Shown here: positions 47,890-55,832 of the stretch, in pieces
Layout: each line of letters opens with the position of its first letter
Numbering within the stretch: position 1 is the first letter of the stretch
NCBI GenBank assembly: GCA_024304995.1
Contig: JAMWZD010000004.1
Span: forward strand, 75,282 to 139,281
DNA length: 64,000 nucleotides
Reading direction: 5' to 3'
From: Rickettsiales bacterium
GTDB taxonomy: Bacteria; Pseudomonadota; Alphaproteobacteria; Rickettsiales; UBA998
Position numbers and translations under genes: made by a program
Notes under the pieces: model-generated
What the model was told of the DNA's origin: nothing
The model's database searches: none
The model's input: the letters and a program-made list of their open reading frames with translations, nothing else

Positions 47890-49706
47890 TGCAACCACGC
47901 ACCATCACGATTCTTGCGTTAATATATGCATATATCGTTTTTGTGCCGTGGTGGACTGCCCCTCCGCTGGCGGGGCTGGATGCATCATGGGAATGGATGC
48001 TGCACTGGGCGAATGCTCATAATAAACAGTTTGGCACAGAAATTATCTGGCCTTATGGCCCGTTAGGGTTTGTGTTTGCACCACAATATCATCCTGACAC
48101 CTTTGCAGGGCTTATTTTTATACGCGCGATTCTAGTCACTGCGTTGTGCGCAGGTGCATATTATATATTCAATCCCGCACAATCCTACAAACGCGCAGCA
48201 AGCTATGTTTTGCTGATTATCAGCGCTGGCTATACACTGGATGCGTTATACATCACATTGTTGTTGCTATTGTTGCATCAGCAATATTTCAGATATTATA
48301 TGCCGTCATGGGCATTGCATCTTCTGATTATTGCTCTTTCCATTGCTTCATTAGTGAAATTCTCAGTGTTGGTAATGTGTTTATGCGCCTTTGCCATGTT
48401 GTCATTATGGCAGCTTAAACGCCGCCATATGCCTTATAGCACTTTGCTATATGGCGTTTCTCTCATCATATTATGGATGATTTGCGAACAGAAACCTGGC
48501 AATATTCCAGATTATCTGGCGCATAGTCTGGAATTGTCACGCTATTTCGGCACGATGACGAAAATAGGATCATGGCAGCAGCTTTGCCTGTTTGTTTTAT
48601 CTGCCATGCTGCTTGGCTGTTCATACCTAACAAATATCAAACAGAAAGCCGTGTTATTTTATGCTCTGACAATGGGAGGATTGCTGTTTTTAAGTTATAA
48701 GGCAGGGTTCATTCGTCATGATGCACTGCGCAGTCTGCTGCCATTCATTGTGCTGGTGCAGCTTTATGTGTTATATGCCTGTCATTGCACCAAAATGCGG
48801 GCAAAATGTGCATGGTCTATTGGAATCTGCTTTGCCGCAGCAGGCGCTATTTTGATGTTCTGGCAATATAGCTTCCCAACGCACCGCCATAATAACTATA
48901 CGGTTCAGGGATTTTTGCACCGTGTTCAGCATGACAAAGCTGCAGCACGCACTGCGTTTTTGCAACAGCAGCAAAAGCGACTTTCTGTGAAGCATAATGC
49001 AGCATCTGACATATATATGCATGAACTTGCGCCATTGCTGGCACATGACACCGCAGAAAATCTGCAATACGCCCCTCGCCCTGTGCCACAAAGTTATTCA
49101 GCTTATAGCGCCGCCCTGCAGCAGATAAATGCACAGCATATTTCAGCCAATGTCATCTATATTGAAGTTTACACGATTGATAACCGCCTACCCGCTTTGC
49201 AGGATGCACCTTCATGGCTGCAATGGTTGCAGCATTTCAGCGTTGAACGAATTATTAATAATGCAGAAGGCAGGCAGTTTGTGGTTTTGAAGCGTCATCA
49301 AAAAGCTGCGCCAGTATCGTTGCAGAATCTATCAACGCATAAAATTTCAGTTGGTGACATATTGCGCGTGCCAGAAGCAGGCGCTGTCTGGGCGCATATT
49401 ACGACAAATCAAACATGGCTGGGAAAAACGGCATCCTTTCTCTACAAACCAGAAATGGTCGCAATAGAGCTGCAACTTGCAAATGGGAAAAAAGTTACGC
49501 ATCGTCTGATTGCTGATATGGCGACAGGAGGGTTTCTGCTCAGCCCATACGTGCATGATGCAACCTCTTTGACGCAGTGGCTTAAAGGGGAGTCACAGCA
49601 AGAAAATCATGTAACTTCCTTGCGAATCATCAATGAATCAGGTGCAGATCTTACAAGCTGGTTTTATGAAACGCCAACCGTAACATTTCAAAAAATCATA
49701 CGCTAG
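47889..49706 (+). CDS. Polytopic membrane protein with large C-terminal extracytoplasmic domain (candidate GT-C-type glycosyltransferase)
   Basis: 605 aa. About ten hydrophobic segments fall in the first ~330 aa, the first loop carries acidic/aromatic residues (GLDASWEWMLHW...WPYGPLGF), and a soluble domain of about 270 aa follows. The start overlaps the DprE2-like stop. I recognise no family, so the function is inferred from context only. Confidence 0.45.
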   Translation: MQPRTITILALIYAYIVFVPWWTAPPLAGLDASWEWMLHWANAHNKQFGTEIIWPYGPLGFVFAPQYHPDTFAGLIFIRAILVTALCAGAYYIFNPAQSYKRAASYVLLIISAGYTLDALYITLLLLLLHQQYFRYYMPSWALHLLIIALSIASLVKFSVLVMCLCAFAMLSLWQLKRRHMPYSTLLYGVSLIILWMICEQKPGNIPDYLAHSLELSRYFGTMTKIGSWQQLCLFVLSAMLLGCSYLTNIKQKAVLFYALTMGGLLFLSYKAGFIRHDALRSLLPFIVLVQLYVLYACHCTKMRAKCAWSIGICFAAAGAILMFWQYSFPTHRHNNYTVQGFLHRVQHDKAAARTAFLQQQQKRLSVKHNAASDIYMHELAPLLAHDTAENLQYAPRPVPQSYSAYSAALQQINAQHISANVIYIEVYTIDNRLPALQDAPSWLQWLQHFSVERIINNAEGRQFVVLKRHQKAAPVSLQNLSTHKISVGDILRVPEAGAVWAHITTNQTWLGKTASFLYKPEMVAIELQLANGKKVTHRLIADMATGGFLLSPYVHDATSLTQWLKGESQQENHVTSLRIINESGADLTSWFYETPTVTFQKIIR

Positions 49707-50517
49707 GCTTGGGGCGCTCCTGCCAGAGAGTGCTATGATGGGTCTTCATCGCCTCTTCATCATGTGGGGCAGATGTATAATAATATAGCGCTATTGATTT
49801 TCGCGTCATATGTTCTGGGCAATTTAGCGGTTCAGGATGACCGTGATATGAGGTGCTGTCCGTATTGAATATTACGCAGCGGTTAAAGACTGGTGCAATT
49901 TTCTGCACGCATTGCTTCATGTTTTTGTCCCACAATTCCACATGACCGCCATAGTCATCCTGCCAGTTTTTGTTGAGATATAGCAACACATTGATACGGC
50001 GATATAATTGCAGTTTTTCAAGATAGTTAAAGTCTGCATGAACTTTCAGCTTGCCACCGCGCAAAATCTGATGCATTGCGCCGCCGTGAAAATGCGGATC
50101 AGGTATCAATCCTTCAATGCCTGTCAGCTTTTCTAAAAAATTAACGATAGCAAATGAGTTCAGTTGATTCAGCACATGAAACAAATAAGGGTGCGCACCT
50201 TCCATACGTTCAATATGGCGCACGCCCTGTTTCTTTGGCTGATTTTCCATGTCCCCTTTGCGCCAGTCATACCAGACCTTGTCATTGACTGCAGGGAAAT
50301 GTTCCAGCACCCCGTTAGCAACATGCTCAGGCAGGAAATTATCAATCATCACATGCGGATAAGGATCAGCGTTCTGGTAGCTTTCAGCGAATCGTTCACC
50401 CAGTGACGCATAATGCGCATTTTCGAGTGGTGAATAATCCAGCACTGAGTCCTGTTTCGGTTTGAAGAATGATAACATAATAGTCCCTGATAATTGCCTT
50501 AATCTTAGAATTAACAT
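49696..50517 (-). CDS. 2OG-Fe(II) oxygenase family protein (prolyl-4-hydroxylase-like)
   Basis: YPHVMIDNFLP..., HADFNY (HxD), GGHVELWD, and HGHPEPL/TRKSIALYYY (distal His and Arg). The probable start is the internal MLSFFKPKQ. It overlaps the 605-aa gene convergently by 11 nt. Confidence 0.75.
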   Translation of the reverse strand: MLILRLRQLSGTIMLSFFKPKQDSVLDYSPLENAHYASLGERFAESYQNADPYPHVMIDNFLPEHVANGVLEHFPAVNDKVWYDWRKGDMENQPKKQGVRHIERMEGAHPYLFHVLNQLNSFAIVNFLEKLTGIEGLIPDPHFHGGAMHQILRGGKLKVHADFNYLEKLQLYRRINVLLYLNKNWQDDYGGHVELWDKNMKQCVQKIAPVFNRCVIFNTDSTSYHGHPEPLNCPEHMTRKSIALYYYTSAPHDEEAMKTHHSTLWQERPKPSV

Positions 50518-50569
50518 GAGAGAAATGAAAGGGTTTTTTAATTTATGACTTTTATGTTATGACACTGAC

Positions 50570-51427
50570 ATGAGTGCCACCTTACAGTTGATTCGCCCGC
50601 GCCAATGGACAAAGAACCTCTTTGTTCTCGCACCATTATGCTTTTCTTTTGAATATGATTCTATGGAATCCGTTGCGCTTGCATTCATCGCTGTGGTTGC
50701 ATTCATTCTGGCTTGCTGCACAACCTATATCATTAATGATATGTATGACATTGAAGAAGACCGTGCGCACCCTATCAAATGTCACAGACCTTTAGCCTCT
50801 GGAAAGATAGGCATTAAAACTGCGTTTATCTTAGCCATTTCGTGCCTCAGTGCTGCAACATTATTCACGGTCTTTTTTCTGCCTCCATTCTGTCTGGTGA
50901 TCATCGCCTTATATCTGTTTTTGCAGGTGGCATATAATTTCAAACTCAAACACACCGCTTTGCTGGATGTTGTGACGATTGCATCTGGCTTTGTGTTACG
51001 TGTGCTTATGGGAGCCTATGCGATTAATGTGCCTGTTTCATCATGGATCGTAGTGACGACTTTCCTGCTTGCCTGCTTCCTTGGCTTTGGCAAACGGTTT
51101 CACGAAATTAACATGCTGGAATATGCCAATTCACGCATTAGTTTGCAGCGATATAGCAAAGAATTGCTGAATCAGCTTATCAGTGTGTCCTGCGCCGCAA
51201 CCTTCCTGAGTTACACCCTATATGCCGTGGATATTGGCAATGAACTGGACAAACCCGAAATTATGTATAGCGCCTTATTTGTGATTATGGGGCTGTTTCG
51301 TTATCTGCAGGTGCTATATGTTGATAAAGAAGGTGGAGAGCCAGAGCGCGTGTTGCTGCATGATGGTTTTTTCATGTGCAACTGCATCATCTGGCTGCTG
51401 GTCACCATCGGTATATTGTCATATTAG
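50570..51427 (+). CDS. UbiA-family prenyl-phosphate 5-phosphoribosyltransferase-like protein (Rv3806c-like)
   Basis: 285-aa polytopic protein with LIRPRQWTKNLFVLAP and NDMYDIEEDRAHPIKCHRPLASGKI, which match the decaprenyl-phosphate phosphoribosyltransferase pattern. Confidence 0.78.
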   Translation: MSATLQLIRPRQWTKNLFVLAPLCFSFEYDSMESVALAFIAVVAFILACCTTYIINDMYDIEEDRAHPIKCHRPLASGKIGIKTAFILAISCLSAATLFTVFFLPPFCLVIIALYLFLQVAYNFKLKHTALLDVVTIASGFVLRVLMGAYAINVPVSSWIVVTTFLLACFLGFGKRFHEINMLEYANSRISLQRYSKELLNQLISVSCAATFLSYTLYAVDIGNELDKPEIMYSALFVIMGLFRYLQVLYVDKEGGEPERVLLHDGFFMCNCIIWLLVTIGILSY

Positions 51428-51429
51428 CC

Positions 51430-51819
51430 ATGATAAAAACACTCACCCAACATCGTTTTTTCAGATTCTTGCTGGTGGGGGGAGTATGCACACTCATAGA
51501 TTTTGTGCTGTTTTATATCTTACACATCATCATTCAATGTGATTTAATCCCCAGCAATATCGCATCCTATGGGACAGGGCTTGCCTGTGCGTTTTTCATC
51601 AACCGCTACTGGACATTTGCAGATAGCCAGCACCGAACAAGACTGCAATTCTGGGTTTCTCTTTTGCTGGGTTATTTTGGATTGATACTGAACACGGCAA
51701 TCATCTGGATTCTGGAAGATGATATGCATGTCATGCTGGCAAAATGCATTGCGGTGTTTATTGTGGTATTTTATAATTATTTCGGCAATAAATGGCTGGT
51801 CTTTAAGGTGAAACAATAA
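51430..51819 (+). CDS. GtrA-family membrane protein
   Basis: The track ORF starts at 51376. The ATG at 51430, 3 nt after the UbiA stop, gives MIKTLTQHRFFRFLLVGGVCTLIDFVLFYIL, followed by NRYWTF and NKWLVF, typical of GtrA. Confidence 0.8.
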   Translation: MIKTLTQHRFFRFLLVGGVCTLIDFVLFYILHIIIQCDLIPSNIASYGTGLACAFFINRYWTFADSQHRTRLQFWVSLLLGYFGLILNTAIIWILEDDMHVMLAKCIAVFIVVFYNYFGNKWLVFKVKQ

Positions 51820-52239
51820 ATGGAATATATAATTCTTCTTGCACTGACCTGGCTGTTCAATGGCAGCGCAAAATACGCTGTGAATATGTGCTTTCACGGC
51901 AGAAAAAATGCGCTGGGACTGGTGGGTTATGGCGGTTTTCCAAGCACACACACTGCCATTGTCAGTGCGCAGTTATTCTATGTCGGTATGCAACATGGAT
52001 TTAACCATCCCGCCGTGGCAGCGATCCTTGCGCTATTATGGGTGGTTGTGAATGACGCAACTTCCTTGCGCAAAAAAATTCAGGATCATGCACAGCATCT
52101 GAACAAGCTGGATGACTCGCGCAATCACCGTGAACGCATCGCACATCACTGGCGGGATATTGTGGGTGGATTTGCAATGGGCGCAATCACCGCCCTGATT
52201 TATGCCGAAATCATAAAAAAAAGCCTTCTAACATTTTAA
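51820..52239 (+). CDS. Divergent PAP2-family (acid phosphatase/vanadium haloperoxidase-related) membrane protein
   Basis: 139 aa with GGFPSTHTAIVSA and a C-terminal HHWRDIVGG. The start abuts the gtrA-like stop. Confidence 0.7.
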   Translation: MEYIILLALTWLFNGSAKYAVNMCFHGRKNALGLVGYGGFPSTHTAIVSAQLFYVGMQHGFNHPAVAAILALLWVVVNDATSLRKKIQDHAQHLNKLDDSRNHRERIAHHWRDIVGGFAMGAITALIYAEIIKKSLLTF

Positions 52240-52244
52240 AAGGC

Positions 52245-52619
52245 TTATTCCCATACTCCTTCTATTCGGGGACTTTTGGGTTTTATTCCAGTTTTACGCT
52301 GAAATTCTTTGATTATCTGGTCTGTACGCGTATTAATAACTTTGCAATATGCTACTACATCACCATATTTTTTGTACAGTATATCATACGCCTTTTCCCA
52401 ATCATTTGCATAACATACTAAAGACGTTTTTGCGCTAAAATCATCATTATAGCGTTTTGGTGACAATTCAATACCATATCTCATACGAATATAATTATCG
52501 AAAAGCTCTCCATATTCTTCACGCTCTAAAGGTGTGTATTCAAAAGTGTCTGCGAAATATCTTCGTGCAGCTTCTGATGCAAACAGGTTTATTGCATCCA
52601 CTACTGTGAGTGAGTTCAT
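52245..52619 (-). CDS. Hypothetical protein (orphan)
   Basis: 124-aa soluble ORF, AT-rich. No family recognised. Confidence 0.45.
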   Translation of the reverse strand: MNSLTVVDAINLFASEAARRYFADTFEYTPLEREEYGELFDNYIRMRYGIELSPKRYNDDFSAKTSLVCYANDWEKAYDILYKKYGDVVAYCKVINTRTDQIIKEFQRKTGIKPKSPRIEGVWE

Positions 52620-52680
52620 GTTTATGATAAAGAAAAACGGTTATATCCTATATAACCGTTTATGTTTTTTATTACAAATG

Positions 52681-53046
52681 CTAATCTTCCCAGAGCGGTT
52701 TTTGCATTAAAGCGGGTTTGGGTGGTGCTGCTTCTGCCTGATGCACCATGCCATATTGAATGCCCATTTCGGCGCGAAGTTCTGGTGGAGGGTTTCCATG
52801 CCCTGCGGCAACAACCTGTCCAAAATCACTCGGAAAAAAATTATCGTTATTTAAAATTGCTTCCTTCATTTTGCGAAGGTTCAAAAGACTGAGCTTTACA
52901 TAAGAATACACACGTTCACCCATTGCATTGTTACCCTGAAGAAGCATTACAATGTCTTCACGCCGAAGAAGCTCTTCATCTTCTGCGCTTAAATGCTGGG
53001 GTGAAGCAGCATTTGTACTTATTTCATTGTCGCTCCATGAATCCAA
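52681..53046 (-). CDS. Hypothetical protein (orphan)
   Basis: 121-aa ORF. The track start is a TTG, so the true start is uncertain. The core reads YSYVKLSLLNLRKMKEAILNNDNFFPSDFGQVVAAGHGNPPPELRAEM. No family named. Confidence 0.4.
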   Translation of the reverse strand: MDSWSDNEISTNAASPQHLSAEDEELLRREDIVMLLQGNNAMGERVYSYVKLSLLNLRKMKEAILNNDNFFPSDFGQVVAAGHGNPPPELRAEMGIQYGMVHQAEAAPPKPALMQKPLWED

Positions 53047-53202
53047 AGGAATACTCTAATCTGTTATCTTTAAATGATATTATAATATTTTACACATTGT
53101 AACACAAAGGAAAACACACAGTTCTTTATTTTGCGTAAAATATTATCGTATAAATTGCTGTATCTGTTGGAAAAAAGTCAGTCTTGATATAATTAAGTCA
53201 GA

Positions 53203-53475
53203 TTAACCTAGTTCGATGCCACCTGATTTTGCCTGCACAGTATTTGCGCGCTCAACTGAATCTGCGTTAATAATGTTCGAAACATCCAGATCTTTTAATG
53301 AATTAACAACATCGTTTAACTCCTGATTACCACTTAATGCCTGAGACATTTGCTTGTCTTTGCCGATACTGTTAATTTCACCAAGCAACGCTTGCACTTC
53401 TGCGAATCTTGGGTCTTGATCGCTCATGCCTTCTACTGATGCTTCAATGCCTGCGGTTTGGAATGCTATACTCAT
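53203..53475 (-). CDS. Hypothetical small acidic helical protein (orphan)
   Basis: 90-aa ORF with no signal peptide. No family recognised. Confidence 0.4.
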   Translation of the reverse strand: MSIAFQTAGIEASVEGMSDQDPRFAEVQALLGEINSIGKDKQMSQALSGNQELNDVVNSLKDLDVSNIINADSVERANTVQAKSGGIELG

Positions 53476-53568
53476 ATTGTGTGTCTCCTTGTTACAAATT
53501 CATCATACCGCGACTGGTTTATACAACACAAGCAACAAAGTACCGCTGCCACTGAATGTTCACAGTCC

Positions 53569-53590
53569 TGTAACACAACTGTAACAAAAC
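53569..53590 (+). promoter_or_regulatory. Pho-box-like tandem direct repeat
   Basis: CTGTAACACAA-CTGTAACAAAA is two 7-nt half sites with 11-nt periodicity; compare the enterobacterial Pho box CTGTCATAWAWCTGTCAY. Related copies are TGTAACAC 53098..53105, TTGTTACA (reverse) 53489..53496, TGTAACAA 53673..53680 and CTGTCAC 53695..53701. Confidence 0.4.
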
Positions 53591-53630
53591 TCGCGTTTTT
53601 ACTTCGAATATGACAAAATAATGACAATAA

Positions 53631-53646
53631 ATAGTAATATTACTAT
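53631..53646. promoter_or_regulatory. Perfect 16-bp palindrome (operator-like)
   Basis: ATAGTAATATTACTAT lies in the 330-nt AT-rich intergenic region upstream of the cfa-type cluster. Confidence 0.35.
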
Positions 53647-53804
53647 GTAATACACAAGTAATTTGACTTCATTGTAACAAAACTTCGTATCAGACTGTCA
53701 CATAAAATGACCGTTTCTAACATGAAATATTATTATAGTTTATAATTGCTCTATTACTCTGTATTCATTTGTATACATAGCTTTGCATTTGATACAGATG
53801 ATGC

Positions 53805-55064
53805 ATGAAAAAAATTGCGATTATTGGAACAGGCATCTCTGGTTTGAGCGCTGCGTATTTGTTACGGAACGACTTTGAAATAACCGTTTACGAGAAACAA
53901 TCACGTTTAGGTGGTCATGCACGCACATTAACGGTGGATTATGACGGAACGCCTATAAATGTAGATACAGGGTTTATTGTCTTTAACTATAGAAACTATC
54001 CTAATTTGACAGGATTATTTAAAGAACTGGATGTAAAAGTTGAAAAAAGCGATATGTCTTTAGGGCTAAGTCTGGAGAACACATCGTTTGAGTGGGGTTG
54101 CAAAGACTTAAACGCCGTATTCGGGCAACGCAGTAATATTGTTAAACCGCGCTTCTGGGCAATGCTGCGCGATATATTCAAATTTAACAAACACGCATTA
54201 ACTACTGCAAAAGAAAATAAAGACCTTACATTGCGCCAGTTGCTTAACAAGCTCAATCTCTCGGATGATTTCCGCCACCGTTTTTTGCTGCCGACGGCAG
54301 GTGCAATATGGAGTACCTCACCAGAGCAGATATTGGATTTCCCCGCCTATAGCTTCGCCATCTTCTTTGATAATCATGGGCTATTAACCATAAACGACCA
54401 GCCGCAGTGGCACACGGTGAGTGATGGATCACAACAATATGTTAATAAAGTGGCGCAGCATTTTGAAGATGCTATTAAACTGAACAGCCCCGTGGCTTCA
54501 GTGGAACGTTTTGATGATGGCGTGTTTGTCACAACCGAGGCAGGTGAAACAGAACGCTATGATGATGTGATTATTGCATCACATAGTAATCAGGCACTGT
54601 CTATGCTGGTTAATCCAAGTGAAGATGAGTCTGAAATTTTGGGCAAAATGCAATATCAGCCAAATATTGCTTACCTTCATAAAGACCCATCATTCATGCC
54701 GAAACGCAAGGCAGTCTGGTCAAGCTGGAATTATGTGTGTGATGATGCAACGGACGAGCGCCCGCACATCACCGTAACGTACTGGATGAATTTATTGCAG
54801 AATATCAGTGACGACACACCATTATTTGTCACGCTCAACCCGCCTGCCCCGCCACGCGAAGATACTATCTTTAATAAGCACGTTTTTGAACATCCTGTCT
54901 ATAATATGGAGATGCTGGATGCGCAGGAACGGTTCAACACCATTCAGGGCAAAGATCGCATCTGGTATGCAGGAGCATATCAGCGTTATGGCTTCCATGA
55001 AGATGGCATTTTGAGCGCGGTGAACATAGTCAAACAAATGGGATGTTCGATACCGTGGGAGTAA
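53805..55064 (+). CDS. NAD(P)/FAD-dependent oxidoreductase (amine-oxidase-like) of the cfa-type cluster
   Basis: KIAIIGTGISGLSAAYLL...VYEKQSRLGGHA dinucleotide-binding motif, 419 aa. Confidence 0.85.
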   Translation: MKKIAIIGTGISGLSAAYLLRNDFEITVYEKQSRLGGHARTLTVDYDGTPINVDTGFIVFNYRNYPNLTGLFKELDVKVEKSDMSLGLSLENTSFEWGCKDLNAVFGQRSNIVKPRFWAMLRDIFKFNKHALTTAKENKDLTLRQLLNKLNLSDDFRHRFLLPTAGAIWSTSPEQILDFPAYSFAIFFDNHGLLTINDQPQWHTVSDGSQQYVNKVAQHFEDAIKLNSPVASVERFDDGVFVTTEAGETERYDDVIIASHSNQALSMLVNPSEDESEILGKMQYQPNIAYLHKDPSFMPKRKAVWSSWNYVCDDATDERPHITVTYWMNLLQNISDDTPLFVTLNPPAPPREDTIFNKHVFEHPVYNMEMLDAQERFNTIQGKDRIWYAGAYQRYGFHEDGILSAVNIVKQMGCSIPWE

Positions 55065-55831
55065 GCCACCTTCATACGCCATCTATCTTAACGGCGCGTG
55101 TCATACATGAGCGCACACAACCAAAGCAGAATAAATTTGCGTATAATGTGTATTACCTGTGTTTTGCCACGCATCTGGTGCAGCAATTAAAACGCTTCAT
55201 GCTTCCGTTAAAGCGTTTTGGCGTGCTGAGTTATTATGAGCAAGACCGTGGCGACAAAACACAAACGAATGATACGTGGATTCGTTCTGTTTTGAAAGAC
55301 TGGGAATTACTGGACGTTGTTACAGGAAACATCATTCTGGTAACCATGCCAAGAATTTTAGGATATGCCTTTAATCCTGTCAGCTTCTGGTTTTGCTTTG
55401 ATGAAGAAGAACAGCTTCGCGCGGTGCTATCTGAAGTGAATAATACATTTGGTGAGCAACATTGCTATATTTCCTATCATGATGACACACGCCCCATCAC
55501 GCAGGATGACTGGATGCAATCAGAAAAAGTGTTTCACGTTTCACCTTTTCTCAGCATTGAAGGCAGATATGAATATCGCTTTATTTGCAATGCAGAAAAA
55601 GTAGCAGTATGGATTAACCATATTACAGAAAAAGGCGTGATGCTGCGCACTTCTGTGATTGGGAAACGCATACCACTCACCAATAAAAACCTTTTTATTC
55701 AGTTTATAACCAAACCTCTGGTCACGTTTAAAGTGACGGGGTTAATATATATGCAGGCAATGAAGCTAGCATTAAAAGGCATAAAATACACCCGAAAACC
55801 AACTCCACCCGCTAAGGACATTACGCGATAA
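55043..55831 (+). CDS. DUF1365-family protein
   Basis: 262 aa with HERTQPKQNKFAYNVYYLCF...GYAFNPVSFWFCF, the pattern usually found between the oxidase and the CFA synthase in this conserved cluster. The start is uncertain. Confidence 0.7.
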   Translation: MFDTVGVSHLHTPSILTARVIHERTQPKQNKFAYNVYYLCFATHLVQQLKRFMLPLKRFGVLSYYEQDRGDKTQTNDTWIRSVLKDWELLDVVTGNIILVTMPRILGYAFNPVSFWFCFDEEEQLRAVLSEVNNTFGEQHCYISYHDDTRPITQDDWMQSEKVFHVSPFLSIEGRYEYRFICNAEKVAVWINHITEKGVMLRTSVIGKRIPLTNKNLFIQFITKPLVTFKVTGLIYMQAMKLALKGIKYTRKPTPPAKDITR

Positions 55832-55832
55832 T

